Source: Pavona decussata (Eukaryota). From it: a stretch of DNA of 64,000 bases. The stretch's first letter is position 1. The number at the start of each line of letters is the position of its first letter. Shown piece after piece: positions 1 through 13,415 of this stretch. Position numbers and translations under genes: made by a program. A model generated the notes under the pieces. That model was given only the letters and a program-made list of their open reading frames with translations. It made no database searches and had not been told where the DNA came from. The stretch spans positions 4,774,001-4,838,000 of the forward strand of contig CDRNST010000015.1 in NCBI GenBank assembly GCA_977016875.1, given 5' to 3'.

Positions 1-1118
1 GAAAGGGCGCGCGTGCACCATATTTTCCTCAGTCCTCTCCCTTCCTAGCGCCTGCCACCCAAACTACGTCCCACTAACTGTACACGAATGGTGTAACAAG
101 ACATTTTTCTCTGAAAGTGGATTTCACTCACTTTAGGAAATATCCCAGCCTTTGTAACCGTCATGTAAATCACATAGATGTTAAACACCTGCTCATCCTT
201 CGAATAAGAAATGAGCTTCAGTTTGTAAATGGGCGAAACGTAATATTTTAAAATTTCTTACTGATTTGCTAAGCTAACGCATGCAATTGAATTTAATTGT
301 CTAAATACTATTGCCTGCAGGTCTTATATGAAAAATGTCCTTCAACAAAAGCTGTTGAGTTCAGCCTGTAACAATGAGTCAAGATTGTAAAATCTCTAGA
401 AGAAAATTTGGTGAGAAAGTTTGACCAGCTCATAGCCGCAGTGAAAGACAATGCTCCAGAAAAACTCGGTAATTTCTGCCCGGTAATTTTCTGTCTCTTT
501 AGTTCACTCACAAAATTATAAATTCGCTCTCCCTCTTTCTAGTTTCGCTTATTAGACACCAGTCGCTCATAGATAACATTTCTAGCCCCTTCACATACTT
601 CTTAAAGACATTTTCATAACACTTATTGCTCTCTCCCGCGTTGAAAACAAAATAACTATACTCCTCGATAGCTTCTGGCACAGCACAATGAAGTAACATG
701 TTTACCTTTAGTTTATCTGGTTTCTCATCTTTCGCTTTCGTCACAAGGTAAATTTTAAACTGCACGACAAACTTCCCCTAGTTTTCAGATGCGTGTGCAT
801 CCAGCACGAGCGGACCAGGAGCGCGTCAATCTCTTCGGCCGTAAGGACACGTCTTGCCACCGTTTCCGTACCTGCTTGCAAATCCGGCGTTCATTCCTAA
901 AAAGCGCCCACGTCTGACACCATGTTGTAAATCTGTCTCTAACACACTTCTAAACCTTAACCTTAAATATTCTCAAGAAAGAGACGAAGTGAAAACTGTC
1001 CAACACGTGCTCTCGCACTGAACTCAAACATGGCCACCAAAACAGTCTGCGGGGTGGCCCAAGAAAACAGTCAGGGACCCAGAAACACGTGGGGTCTCTA
1101 GTCAATAACATTACAACA
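1..1118 (-). mobile_element. Decayed Ty3/Gypsy LTR retrotransposon 5' end: LTR 923-1118, tRNA-Leu-type PBS 907-922, degenerate gag below ~800
   Basis: LTR is bounded by TGTTGTAA...TTACAACA. On the minus strand TGGTGTCAGACGTGGG follows immediately, complementary to a tRNA-Leu 3' end (..CCCACTTCTGACACCA, 1 mismatch). ORF 508-765 FKIYL..KVNMLLHCA.PEAIEEY..F.F is Gypsy-gag-like, with frameshifts. Confidence 0.85.
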
Positions 1119-1384
1119 CTTGTAGGGTAAAAGATTAATACTAGACAGCCTTTCACAGTCCAGTGTTTTCTGAGGTAGCAGAGGCAGCAGTCCAACCAGC
1201 GGTGGGTGTCAGGGGAGGAGTAACTGCTAGAAGTAGGTTCTTCACCTAGTGGCCACCTTTTGAAAAATCAGCTGAGATATAGGGTCAGTGTTACAGGAAT
1301 AAGGGATAAAGTGTTGCTAGTTATTTACGATCACAAATTTTCTTCATGCCGCTCCCCACTAACTGAACGTCTAAAACAGACTAA

Positions 1385-1875
1385 TATGCCCTAACTTTTC
1401 AATTTGATTTGTCTTGTTCACCACCACAGCTAGCCGAGACGTAGCGCTATATCGATGGAGACTGGGTCCTAGTTTGTAAAGGCGCGTGAAGATCTTGTAA
1501 ACTGTAAAATATGCCCTTTTTTCAATTTGATCGATCTTGGCGCTAAAGGGGTCCACGCTTTTACGCCATCTACGAGCCTTTGTTTACCACCGCAACTAGC
1601 CGAGACGGGGTACTATATCGATGGAGACTAGGTCCTAGTTTGTAAAGGCGCATGAAGATCTTGTAAACTGTAAAATATCCCTTTTTTCAATTTGATTCGT
1701 CTTGACGGAGAAGGGGTCTACGCTTTTGCCTTGGAGCCTTATACGAGCCTTTGTTCACTACCAAAGGTGGGCGAGACGTCCCAAATGCGCACAATATCGA
1801 GGAAGATTGTGAAGGCTCTATGTTTTCAGAGCTTGCGGGTTGAGCTGGGTTTAAGATCTTTGACAGTTTTTTCAC
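1385..1875. repeat. Degenerate tandem repeat, ~3 units of ~125-185 bp
   Basis: Recurring TTTTCAATTTGAT..TCTTG, CTAGCCGAGACG and TATATCGATGGAGACT.GGTCCTAGTTTGTAAAGGCGC.TGAAGATCTTGTAAACTGTAAAATAT blocks. Confidence 0.75.
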
Positions 1876-2254
1876 TCAGAATTCCTTGCACCACGGGCAA
1901 GAAACTGTTAACAGATTCAGAAAGGAAGAAGCAAATGTCAATGGGAAGACTCCCTGGTGGTGGAAGATGCTACTGGCATCAAGGAATCCTTCAACCGCCA
2001 GAGCTTGTACCGCGGGAACATCCCGAAGCGGCAGTGCCAGGCGTATCCGTACAGTGTAAACGTGTCTCTCTTAAATAGAAGTTGTCTTAGGAATTTTGAT
2101 GCAAGGCAAGGAAACTGTATTTGGCATTGGCAACTTATGTGAGAAGTAATTGTTCACGTGACTCAATAGGTAAATCCAGGAAAGCACATTTTATAGATAA
2201 GACAAAAACTCTAGAACCTTATAGATTAAACAAACGTCATGAGTACGTCAATTG

Positions 2255-2350
2255 TGATCACGTGGCTGAGTGTAGTCCTGAGAAGGGCTGTTTGAGGTGA
2301 CATTGACTGACGTGTCGACAACCAGAGCGGAAGTCATCCACAGTCAAGTA
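2255..2350 (-). mobile_element. Penelope-like element terminal repeat remnant with a degenerate hammerhead ribozyme core
   Basis: Minus strand GACTGTGGATGACTTCCGCTCTGGTTGTCGACACGTCAGTC..CCTTCTCAGGACTACACTCA resembles the cnidarian PLE end CTGAAGATGAC..GTCGAAACG as I recall it; both core boxes are mutated. Confidence 0.6.
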
Positions 2351-4067
2351 GATTGTGGATCGTCAATAGATGGTATAAATTTCTCTGATTATGTAATTGA
2401 CCTGATTGATCAACGATGCCGAGATGTTATTGGACGTTTTTCAGTTAAGTCGTGATGTTATTGGCTGTGAAGACTACAAAAGTGATTGGCACGTTTTAAA
2501 CCCTCTTTTGTAAGTCAAAAGTACGTTGGTCTATTATTAATACAGTACAAAGACTCATTCAATCACTGACTCTCAAATATTTCAGTTAGCCACAAGATGG
2601 CTTGGCCAAATCCTTGAAAACAGTCAATCACAATGCAAGAAGATACAAATACATATTAACAGTAATTAAATAGCTAACGATTTACATCTCTATCCAGTTG
2701 AATTATAGACCCTTGGCTCTTTTTACAGAAGCAATATTGTTGTCGCTAGTTATGCAATTCCCAGCCGGCACCCTTCCGTTGTTCAATGTTGGGCCTTAAA
2801 ACTCGTATCAAAGGCATAGATTCCTACTTCGTTCAACATCATTTTAGTGGGGAGGTGAGGGGGGAGGGGGGAATCATGTCTAGATTTGTTCCGGGGAGGC
2901 CTCCGTCCTGAACAAGTTGGTCAGAATTGTACATAGATTCCGTTTATTATGCTTGGTACAATAGCTACTCTTCAATCTCTAACTCACCAAATGTACGTCA
3001 ATTTAGTAAAAGTCTCATTGGGCCACTGAACTTTGTCTAACAGCCAGCTAAAAGATCTCTTAATAATTCTTAAGATTTACCAAACAAAACGTGCGTCATT
3101 ATGGTAAATACAAAAAGCCACCTGCTAAGATGTTATATTCAGTGCTTCCACTAACCGATTTTTCTTTTGAAGCACGTCTTTTTCCCTTTCCTTTCCTTTC
3201 TTACTTTGCTGTATCTTAAGTCTTCAACTACATGTGAAAGTCATGGAGTCATAAAAACTCCCTAGCGTTTCTTGACCTTTGACTGCCTTCGCCCTTATTT
3301 AGGCGCCTGAGCGGAGGGAGATTGTAGACAGAGACAACAATCTTAACATATATTAGCAGTTTTCCCTGCAAAAATGTTTTACGTAAAATCTCCATTAATT
3401 ACCCTTAACAAGTTTTTTATAACACAAGGTGCTAACGCGGCCAAGCATTCAGATATTAAAAAAATAATAATAATTTAACTTAAAAATAACAAGGTTACAA
3501 ATTCTTAGTTGCAGGAAGCATTCCAGTTGCCTATATAACAAGCACGGCTGAGGAGTTGAACTCAGATCAATAATGAAACATGTACACTCTATTCAGAATT
3601 ATTCTTGGCAGGTTTACAGAGAAATCTTGATCAGCCTAAACTATTTTTTTGCATGTTTTAGGGCCGTGGATCACTATCTTGTCTGAACTACAGATTTTGC
3701 TTTAGGAAAGGAGGTTATCATTCAATCGTACTAAGAATTGGTCGATAATATCAACTTCATGTCTAGTGACTTAAAAATTAAACTTCAACGGCTCAGAATT
3801 TAATGGCAATCGTCTAAGCAGCATTTTATGCGTTGAAGAAAATTTTAGTAGTGAGCAATAGCTAACTGCAAATTCTCCGCCTGAGGTCGTTTTGACAAGT
3901 GAAAGTCTGTACGGTTTGTAGCGTTCATCGATATTCCAGCAGTGCATTATTGGAGCATGAAGACCTGGCACTATACAAAAAAAAGTCGACTGAGCCCATC
4001 TGTCAGTCAATAGCAGTTTGGTTTTTTAATTCGCTTGTTAGTAATTGCATCTATATATGCCACTCTT

Positions 4068-4095
4068 GTGATTGGCTAACACCTGACGTGTAAAG
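4068..4095 (+). promoter_or_regulatory. Candidate proximal promoter: inverted CCAAT plus CRE-like TGACGT ~75-95 nt before the ATG (identical upstream of B and C)
   Basis: CACTCTTGTGATTGGCTAACACCTGACGTGTAAAG is invariant between A and B/C while the flanks carry indels; function is inferred. Confidence 0.35.
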
Positions 4096-4163
4096 TGCCA
4101 CAGCACCAAGGTGGGAAGCTTTTCATCAAGGTAGCAGTTCCTTCGAATTCTCCTACGCCAACT

Positions 4164-4602
4164 ATGCAGCGTGAAACCTTCGCTACCAAGGATTATGCTT
4201 TCATGTGTTGGATCTCATTAGCGTTGTTTCCCTCATCGCATGGGCAATTCTGTTCTTCAAAAGGTTGGTACTGTTCATTACGTAAGATAAAGGTAATTAA
4301 AGTCGCACTACGAGCCTAAGTTGCCCGTTCGGCCGGAGCTTAACCAAGTTTCTGTAGCAAGAAGCATTTGGGAGTATTGCTACTCCACCCTGAATGGGAT
4401 ATCAGTCCCTTGTAGGGCTACCCCCAGCAGAATATCGCGGGTACCCATTCATACACCTGGGTGTATAGAGACAGTGTTGAACAAAGTTTCGCTTGAAGGA
4501 AACAACACAGCAAATAACCGACCAACCTTACTTCGAAACACTGACCATTCGATCTTCCAATGGTTCTATCGATAGTCCGATAGTCCGTTGTTTGAGCACT
4601 CA

Positions 4603-4635
<33 letters not shown>

Positions 4636-7600
4636 TATTCCGACGCTTTATAAACCACTAAACCACCGCGCCTCCACACCGCTAATTAGGTTAATGTTTA
4701 TTGCTTTATTTTGCACAATTCAACAATAACGTTGATCTAACGAACATTTTTAAGGGGCGCCAAGGTATTCGCAACCCTTTGACAAAAGATAATCGTAGAT
4801 CGCCAACAATCCATACCTTGATCAGGCTCTTCCCTTGTATTTTCCTTTAAATAGTTCCTTAAAGATGCAAGGCACGTATTTATATATCTAAAGAAAAAAT
4901 ACAATCTTTCGGCTGCTGTGAAAGATGATAAGAATTAAAACATCCAGAATTGTACGTAAACAGTTGTCGGGGTCGAAAAACTGATAAAAACTGTGAAATG
5001 GTTGTTGTTTAGGACTGGGTTACATCAAAACAACAATTTTCGGAAGCTTATACAAGTGACAAATTTAAGTTCAACTTTCCAAAATGCAGATCTGATGTTG
5101 GGGTCTATGTAAGCAAGGATATTCATTTGGAGCAAAACCTTGATGAGAGGATCGACTCAGTGTTCGGCCGCTTTTGACAAGTGTAATGTTTTGTTGAACT
5201 TTTCCAATAGCAAAACGTTAATTTCAATCTCAAAGCTTTCAAACAATAGTTGCGATGTCGCTGGAGGGAAAAACTGCTGGAAATAGCTTGGGCAATAAAT
5301 ACGAACACACAACTTCCCACTTATAGTAGGCATCCGGCGCCACTCGACAATTTTTTAACCAAAAATCGTAGGTGAGAGAAAACAACCGATGAACTAATTC
5401 ACACAGATTGATCACTACAGATATGTCAAGCTCGAAATGTATAAAAATCAATAACGCCAAATAATTATTTGGTGCATGTTATTGACTTGAATTATGCATT
5501 TCCAACTTAATACATTTTTGCAATCATTCTAAGTGTACGATTAAGACTATTATATAACGGCTTTGATAATGCTTGGTCAGTTTCAGAATTTTTTAAATGA
5601 TAATGTTTATTATAGTCGCTAACTCTTATGAAGGAATTACTCAAATTGGGCGAATTGTTTATTTAAGATTTTATAAATTAAGACTAATTTCAGGTGTTTG
5701 CGTTTGGTATCAAGGGTTTTCCAAGTTAAATTGGCAAGAATATCAGTTGACCGAATGTCTTATTTCGCACTAATTATCGCCATGCTGGCTTGAGATTGTA
5801 TGCGTTGCAGTTTGTCCTTTAACGTCCGGTTTTGTGTAGGTGATGGGACTAATGATTATATATTACTTCCAGTGACTGGTTGGGAAAAACGGCCTAAAAC
5901 GTTTTATGACCGCGATACGACCGCTCGCCTTTTAACATATATTGTTTATAAATAATTATGCTTTTCAAAAGTACGTTTGTCATCAATATGAACTTCTTAG
6001 CAAGTATGCGAATCGACTCGTAATAGTTTGTTATTATCTGTAAGAGTATCATGCAGCTGACATAAGGTTTTATTGTTCAGTTTATAGGCCGACATAGATT
6101 TAAAAAAATTGAACAACTCGCACTAGAAGTAATTTGATCTCAAAACTGCAGAAGATTGGCAATACAGTTTTTTTTCTTTTGTACCGATTCTTTTTTCCGG
6201 TCAAGATATCTTTTTTTGTATAAACTGAAATAAACAAGGTATGCAAACGCTCAAACAAAGCCGCAAATTAGCGGGTTAGAACGGGAGCAGGTGGCTTGTC
6301 AGAATAAATGATTGGTCTAACATTTATATGCATAAATACACGCAAAGATGCTTTATTATTTTAGAATGGTTTGTTCGTGTTTTTATTTATTTATTTATTA
6401 TTATTTTTTTTTTTTCAGTTTGAGATACCGTAAAATTTCTGTTAAACACTGGCGCCTATTTATCTTTAGGCCTCAAGAAGGGGACTTGTTAGAGAGGCCG
6501 TGGCTTAATAGATGGGGCTTATCTTAAATCATGAATTGGACACAACCCTAAATAAGCATTTCCAAAATGATATTGCACATCTGACAGAAACATAGCACTA
6601 ATGGCTTGTGGACCGCGAATTCAAAGCCTTATTTTGCACAGACTGATGTTAACAGTATACACTCTTCTTAACAAGCTAAGTGGCTCATAAGCGTGAGCTA
6701 AATGCCATATTTTTGTAGCAGGTGAAGTCCTAATTTTATGTGAATTCCTAGATACACAGAGAGATGCTTTATTATTGGTTTATGATTTTTTTCTTTTGTT
6801 TAGGAGAATGAATCCACTTTTCTTGGCCATCAGTTTGACATACAAAATGAGAATTCAGCTAGACGAACTCATTTCAAAATGCATTTCACTTTGGCATTTG
6901 CCATGTAACGAACTACTCTAGGTTTCACGCCTGACTCGATACTAATTCTTATTTTTACTCGTGGATATGCTTTAGCGTCACGAGTGATAGAGGCGTTCGG
7001 TATGCAAATGAATCACTCACTCCCGTGTAACCGGAAGTGGAATAATAGCCAATCGCACGTCTGAAAGAAGCGCAGCCAGAAATACGTCTGCGATCGCAGG
7101 TTAGATTTCTGTGGGGTTTTTTTAGTGCTTTGAACGCAGTCTCGCTGCATTCTTCATCATTAGAAGCAAATGTCTGACGAACTGACAAAATGGTGTTCTT
7201 CGAAGGAGAAGCATAAGATTCTCAACAAATGCACATTGATACAATTAAGAGCGATTGTGAACCGCCTCCACTCACCGAGGCGTAAATCTTGATGTCGAAG
7301 TCGAATTGACGGTAGGTGAGAAGACAGAAGTTTGTGACCTTTCATTTATTCTCGGTTTTCACGTGACGTCACCAAAATCTAGAATTCAAAACTGGGAGGC
7401 CTATAAAATTTTTACCTTCATTCAAGGAAAGATTACCTAAAAATATGTCGGTTCACAATTTCTTAGCTCGATGTCGTGCTTTCTTTTGAAAATAGAACAG
7501 TTTCAATTTCCGAGTTTCCATCGTGCGTGACATAAGGAGGACGGCCGTGACAGAGCTTTTCCGTATCTTAAAAATGACTCTTCGGGTGATTTTCAGCATT

Positions 7601-10600
7601 CTAAACAATTTAAGTTTAAGGAGAAATATTAATCTAAACATTCGAAAATTCACAAGGGCAAACAAACCTCTTTTCTGGGAAAAGTGAACTCGAGATGTTT
7701 TTTCGTATTTCCGGCCGCCATGTTTGTGCCCCTCAGAGGGCAACTCCATACTAAGCTCTATAAATTTATGTGGAACATTTTGTCAAATAACTCGAGTACG
7801 GAATGCCGCACAGACCTGACACTTAGAGAGATGCCTTATTTATTTATCCTCTATACCATGTCAATTTCTTGACTTCATTCATGGAATGGTTTCGATTTTT
7901 TTTTTTTCAATGGCGTGACAGTGAAAACCGAGAATTGTTGAATTATCCGTTGAATTTTCTTTTACCACAAGCACATACGAATAATTCCGCTATGCTCAAG
8001 TACTCAAGACGAAATAATTGAAAATTTTCTTTGCCGCACGCGCGTCGCGTCGGGCTACGGAAATATAATTGTTGACCATTGTTATGAGCGATGTAATTAC
8101 CACTTTCTGCTTCATTTTACCGTAAAGAAGCCTAACTTAAAGAAATAACAAAGACATTTGAGCATCACAGTTGCCTTTCAACACCGTTTAGGAATACTTG
8201 TACCATTAATATCGGTGGAACAAATTTGCATATCCGTGGTTTACGGTAAACCAAGAGGTAAACTGAATTTGCGCGTCTCCGATATTATCATTTAGTTTGG
8301 CAAATCAGAGAATCTAAACCTTCTTTGGCTTTAAGTGAACTCGCCGTTTTCCAGAGCCGTAAGCTATCCGTTCGGTACCTGTCCGTTGCTTTATGGATTA
8401 CTTTTATCTTACTCAGCGAAATCATGCGTTTATTGCATCGAAATCGCTTTCGGTAAGTTATGCGAAGTACGACTGAGGGACACGAGCATGTGAATGTCAG
8501 TGTGCTTATTTTCATCTGGTGCAGTCACAGTTTAACTTTTTAATTCATGAGTATTTTCCCGTCATGAATTTATTTATTTTCAGCGTGTTTTACAAAAACG
8601 GGGCAAGTTTTTAATAAACTAACATCATTCAGAAAGTATTCTGTTGCTGCTTTAAAATGACCAAGATATAAAAATTAAATTCTACAGTTGTCGGAAAGCT
8701 ATTTACATGTAAGGAAAATATTTTGAATATCCTTCACAAATAAGGCCTTGTGCCTTGTGTGATCGAGACCTGAAACGCAAAATCTTCAAACTCAAACCGA
8801 TCCATTCGACCAAAACTATACGAAAATTCTGGTACAAAATCAAAATGGAACGGCAATTTTCAAAAAAGTCAGCTCGTTACGAAATCTTTTGGCATTTCAT
8901 TTCGATCAGACACGGCTCTAGCTACTCCAGCAGTGATCAACATTAATTGCAAATGAAATGTGTTTCCGTCTTACTCCACCCCAGATGCTTTAGAATTCTT
9001 TCCTTTAGGTGTTTGCTTTGATAAGAAGAAAACATTGCCCCTTCCATTGATCAGTCGTTTGGTAAGTCAAAAAAAGAATTAAGTGAAAATATAGTTGATG
9101 GAAAGTTCTGTTTCCTAAAACTGTAAAAATGCTCCATCGATATCGTGGACGAACAGAATCATCCATCGAGGACGATTACCAGCCCTTTGAGGTTGAACGA
9201 AGTAATATCAAAGAATAATAAGCACCAGGCACAGAGTGATGTCTCGCCCTCAGATTTCTAGATCACGCCATCTCGCACTCGGATTTTTGATGTGCCACGT
9301 TTGAAAAACTAGATTAAGTCTCACCCTCGGATTATAAAAGAGAGTCTTGGCGAGCCTCGAATTTTTCCACTATACCCCCTCTGGAAATATGTTCCTTAGG
9401 TCACCCCGCTCCCCACTGAAAAATAAGGCAAACTGACCACCTTCCCCCCTGTAAAATCAAATCCCTCCGGTGAGGGGGTGGGGGAGGTATGGATATTTTT
9501 TGGTACTACACATTCTGTTTACCGTAATCCAGCCCTCAAAGTAAAACTACTTACCCTTAAATCTGGTCATATAGGTCAAAGAAATCATTCCACCAGTATC
9601 AAAAGTATTTTATTAGGTGAGGGACTGGGGACATCCACCACAAGGACAAATTTGAAGGTAGGAGGCAGCCACAAACAGTGCTGCATGACATTTGAATCCT
9701 CAAAACCAAAAAAAGAAATGGTGACGCCTCCCCCAAGGACATAACCAAAATGTGCCTTCCTTGTTTGATTCCTCCTTTACCCAAATACGTCAAATTTTTG
9801 TGAGGCTAACTCAAGTCTAGGGGACGGACCATTAGAAAAGTGATGGGGGGGGGGGGGGGGTGGGGAAAATACAAAAAAAAAAAAAAAAATTCGTGCAAGC
9901 TAAAATGCCCCAAAAAAAAAAATTCTTGCAAGCCGAGAGGGAAGAAAAAAAATTCTTGCAGAAGGAGATAAGGAATTATTATAGAAAATACCTTTTAGTG
10001 TTTTAATGACAGAAAATTTCTTCCAGAATGCCCCAAAATGGCCTTTTTAATGTTTTGAAAATCTAACTTTTTTTGTGGAAGTTTGTTTTGCACGAACAAC
10101 AAACCAGCCCCACATTTTGTGTCTTGGCTGGAATTTACCCTTACTACAACTCAGTATTTTGTTTTGTGTTTGTAACTGGTAGTAAACCCAATGATCACGA
10201 GCAATAGGTCAATTAGTTTTGAAGAAAAACGATTTTGTCAGTAAAACGCTTCCAGCATATCAGCTTATCCATAAAGCGCTTTGTAGTTTTATTTGTTGGG
10301 CCACAGAGTGCTTTATCGTTACAAAATTTAAAAAAAAACTGAGTCATTTTCAAGAAGTCCTGTTAAACGCTTGTAGGAGCATCTAGATTGAAGGGCAAGT
10401 GTTCACTTTATTCACCCCAAAATGCTCTGTGGCTCATTGTCAATACCACAAAGTGCTCTGTAGGCAAATTAAAACCGCACAAAGTGCTTTGTGATCTGGT
10501 GATCGAAAGTACCTTGTATCTTGGCGGGCACTATAGAGGCGCGGTGGTGGTCAATGGAGTTTGGCATCATTATGATGGACTGTGGGAGAGGAACACAAGA

Positions 10601-13334
10601 GGGAAGGGACTGCAAAAATGTACAGGGAAACCATGCACCCCACAAGGCTTCCTCCTTTCACACTGCGTTTATATCTATGAGAAGCTTTTGCAGTAAATGT
10701 ATCCTTTAAGTATGTTTAGTAAAAGTACAGTGTGTATGAGAAAGGCACACGTGGAAAGAATTGAATAGTTTCATTCATCAGCATCATGTTATAACGAAAG
10801 TGTTAAAGAGACAAATTCTAGTAATAGTAGCACCAACACATTAATGAAACATTCTACAAAAATATTTTTAAAAGAAGCAAGATCATACATATAAGTCTGA
10901 TCATATACAAAAAGATATGATTTGCATTTTAACCATTGTGATATAAAGTAAGAATCAACATTTCGCTGCGCTAATGATACTCTATCGTGTATAAAATGAA
11001 AGGGGACTGTGTCTGTAGTAAAAGAGTATCCATGTAATATTAAGCAAAAACATTAACAATCCCACCATGAATTTGACTTTTAAATTTTAAGTAAATTGAG
11101 ATTATATACTACTTGAAGTGTTTGTTATGAAATATTTCATAAGATTTCTAGGCGCCAACAGTTTTGAAAAATTTTGAATCAATTGTTATTAAAATGTGTT
11201 AAAAAGTAAACAATCAATAAACAGACAGTACATGAAATTTGATTTAAATTATTTTAAAATGTTGACCAGTCTTTTATTTAAGTATGAGGCTGATTTTACT
11301 ACCAGCACTAGATACTACTTAGACATTAATTTCGTTGTTTTTGTTTAGTTTTGACCATCATGCTGTAATTTTTAGATATTGTCTCAGGGGTTAAAGGTAA
11401 TCATTCCAAGCCCACAAAGTACAATGTTTTTTGAAAATCCTGTATTTAAAGTTTTTTTTTTTTCTGGAAAACAACAACAACAAAAAAAGTCGTGCAAAGG
11501 GTATCAACCGAAAAAAAAAATTCCTGCACAAGCACTGAGCAAAAAAAAAAATATTCCTGCAAACTGAAAATCCCCCCCCCCCCCCACCCCTGTTACTTTT
11601 CTAATGGTCCGTCCCTAAGTGGAAATGTGCTGCCCAGGCTGTCAAACCCTGACCCTGTTTATGACAAAAATATCTGTCTTCTCTCTCTTAACCCAGTTTG
11701 TGACATGAATTAATTTTTCGAAAAAAAAAAAAAATATATAAATTTCTTACATTGCTAATCCGTTTTTACAATTTGTAGATAGTCAGAGAAAAATAGGTGC
11801 ATTCCTTCCCCCCCCCCCCCCCACCCACCCTCCATGGGGGACAAACGAGTGAAGAGCTCCAATAGCGTCTCCGCCATTACATTAACGTCACTATTAAATT
11901 TCAAAGACCATTCCAAACTATTATACATTTACGCCACCTTTTAGTTAAACCCATGGCATCAACGGTCACTTCCATCGCCATATCCACGAGTTAACGATAG
12001 TGTCACTTTGATTTCCTTAGAAGACTGTCGCCAACTTGAATTTAAGCCTGCACATACATTAGATGGTAAACGCCTCAAAGGCCACATGATTCGCACCGAT
12101 GACGTCATGGATAGCGATTTCTGTGAAACATTATGCTACATGGAGCCCAACTGCGTTAGTTACAACTTGAAGAAAACGCCCCGCGTAAATGGCAAATTTG
12201 GCTGCGAGCTGAATAATTCAACCTTTGAAGGGCAAAAGAACAAACTGGAGCCAAATACAGACTATATTTACCGCGGAGCAAAGGTAGAAATGAGTAGTTG
12301 TAATAAATTGAAAATTGATAAAATGTTTGATGAGAGAACTTGTGAAGGTTGAAAAAAAAGAAACATCAAAAAAAAAGACTGGAACTCAGAGGTCTGGTTC
12401 ACATGAGCAGCGCAAACGCAAGCAAGCACGCCTGTGAACTACGCCAACGCAAATACAAACGCAAGCTTAAGCGCCAGAGCAAGAAATGGAAAATATTTCG
12501 TTTCCTTGGGCTTGCATTTGGGCTTGCGTTTGCATTTCACACTTGTGATCCGGGGCAAGGCAAATGCAAGCGCAAACGCAAGATGAAACATATAGTCGTT
12601 CCATATATATGTACGGCTGCTGACGTTCAAACCAAGATGGCGTCCTCCTCTGCCAGTTTTAAAATCGTTCCCAGAGTCCTCGCTTCCTAAATGCTGGTCT
12701 ATGGTGACGATACCTCTTGGAACAAGATTGCCGCTACTTGCTATACTGCAATGCGCGTGCTTATCTCATTCTACTTGCATTTGCGTTCGATGCTTGAACA
12801 TCACTTGCGCTTGCGTTTGCGTCGTACGTGTGAACCAACCTAAAGCGAGGAGAGAACTCTTAGATAACCTCCGTCTCAGAAAACGAGATTTCCTTTGAAA
12901 TCATACAAATCATGGTTAAATCGAGTAGGAGTATTTTTTGCCTATCAGTATTATCAGTATTCCGTAAAAATGTTAGCAGTATAACGGGTATCTTTACGAA
13001 ACTGCAATAACAATAAAGAATTGTTAGTGGTTCCCAAGTACAATCTTGAAACTTATGGAAAGCGCGTTTTTTCAGTCTTTGTACCCCCACACGCTTTGGA
13101 ATAATCTACCAGTTGATATAACAGCTATAGCTTACTTAAGTTCTTTCAAAACGAGAGTTAAGACCTTCTTCATTAGTCGTCGCTTTTAAATGTTACTTAC
13201 TTTGCATATGTTTCTATATTAGTGAGTATTATACCATTTTGGTAGTTTTGTTAAGCGCTATTGGTTAACTAGTGGAAATAGCGCTATAGAAATCAATACT
13301 ATTATATTATTAACCAATATCAATATTATTAATA

Positions 13335-13415
<81 letters not shown>

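Larger units (their letters stand above)
6958..11990. mobile_element. ~5-kb non-autonomous TIR element with nested insertions, in intron 1 of gene A only
   Basis: TIR CTCGTGGATATG / CATATCCACGAG with TTA on both flanks. Homology with the gene B/C intron stops at ~6955 and resumes at the acceptor (~12007). Confidence 0.7.

Noticed and set aside
1385-1875. CRISPR-like array
   Set aside because: Units are long and degenerate with no unique spacers, no cas genes, and the context is eukaryotic.
2255-2350. Active hammerhead ribozyme in the Penelope-like end
   Set aside because: Catalytic boxes are mutated (CTGTGGA instead of CTGANGA; CGACA instead of CGAAA).
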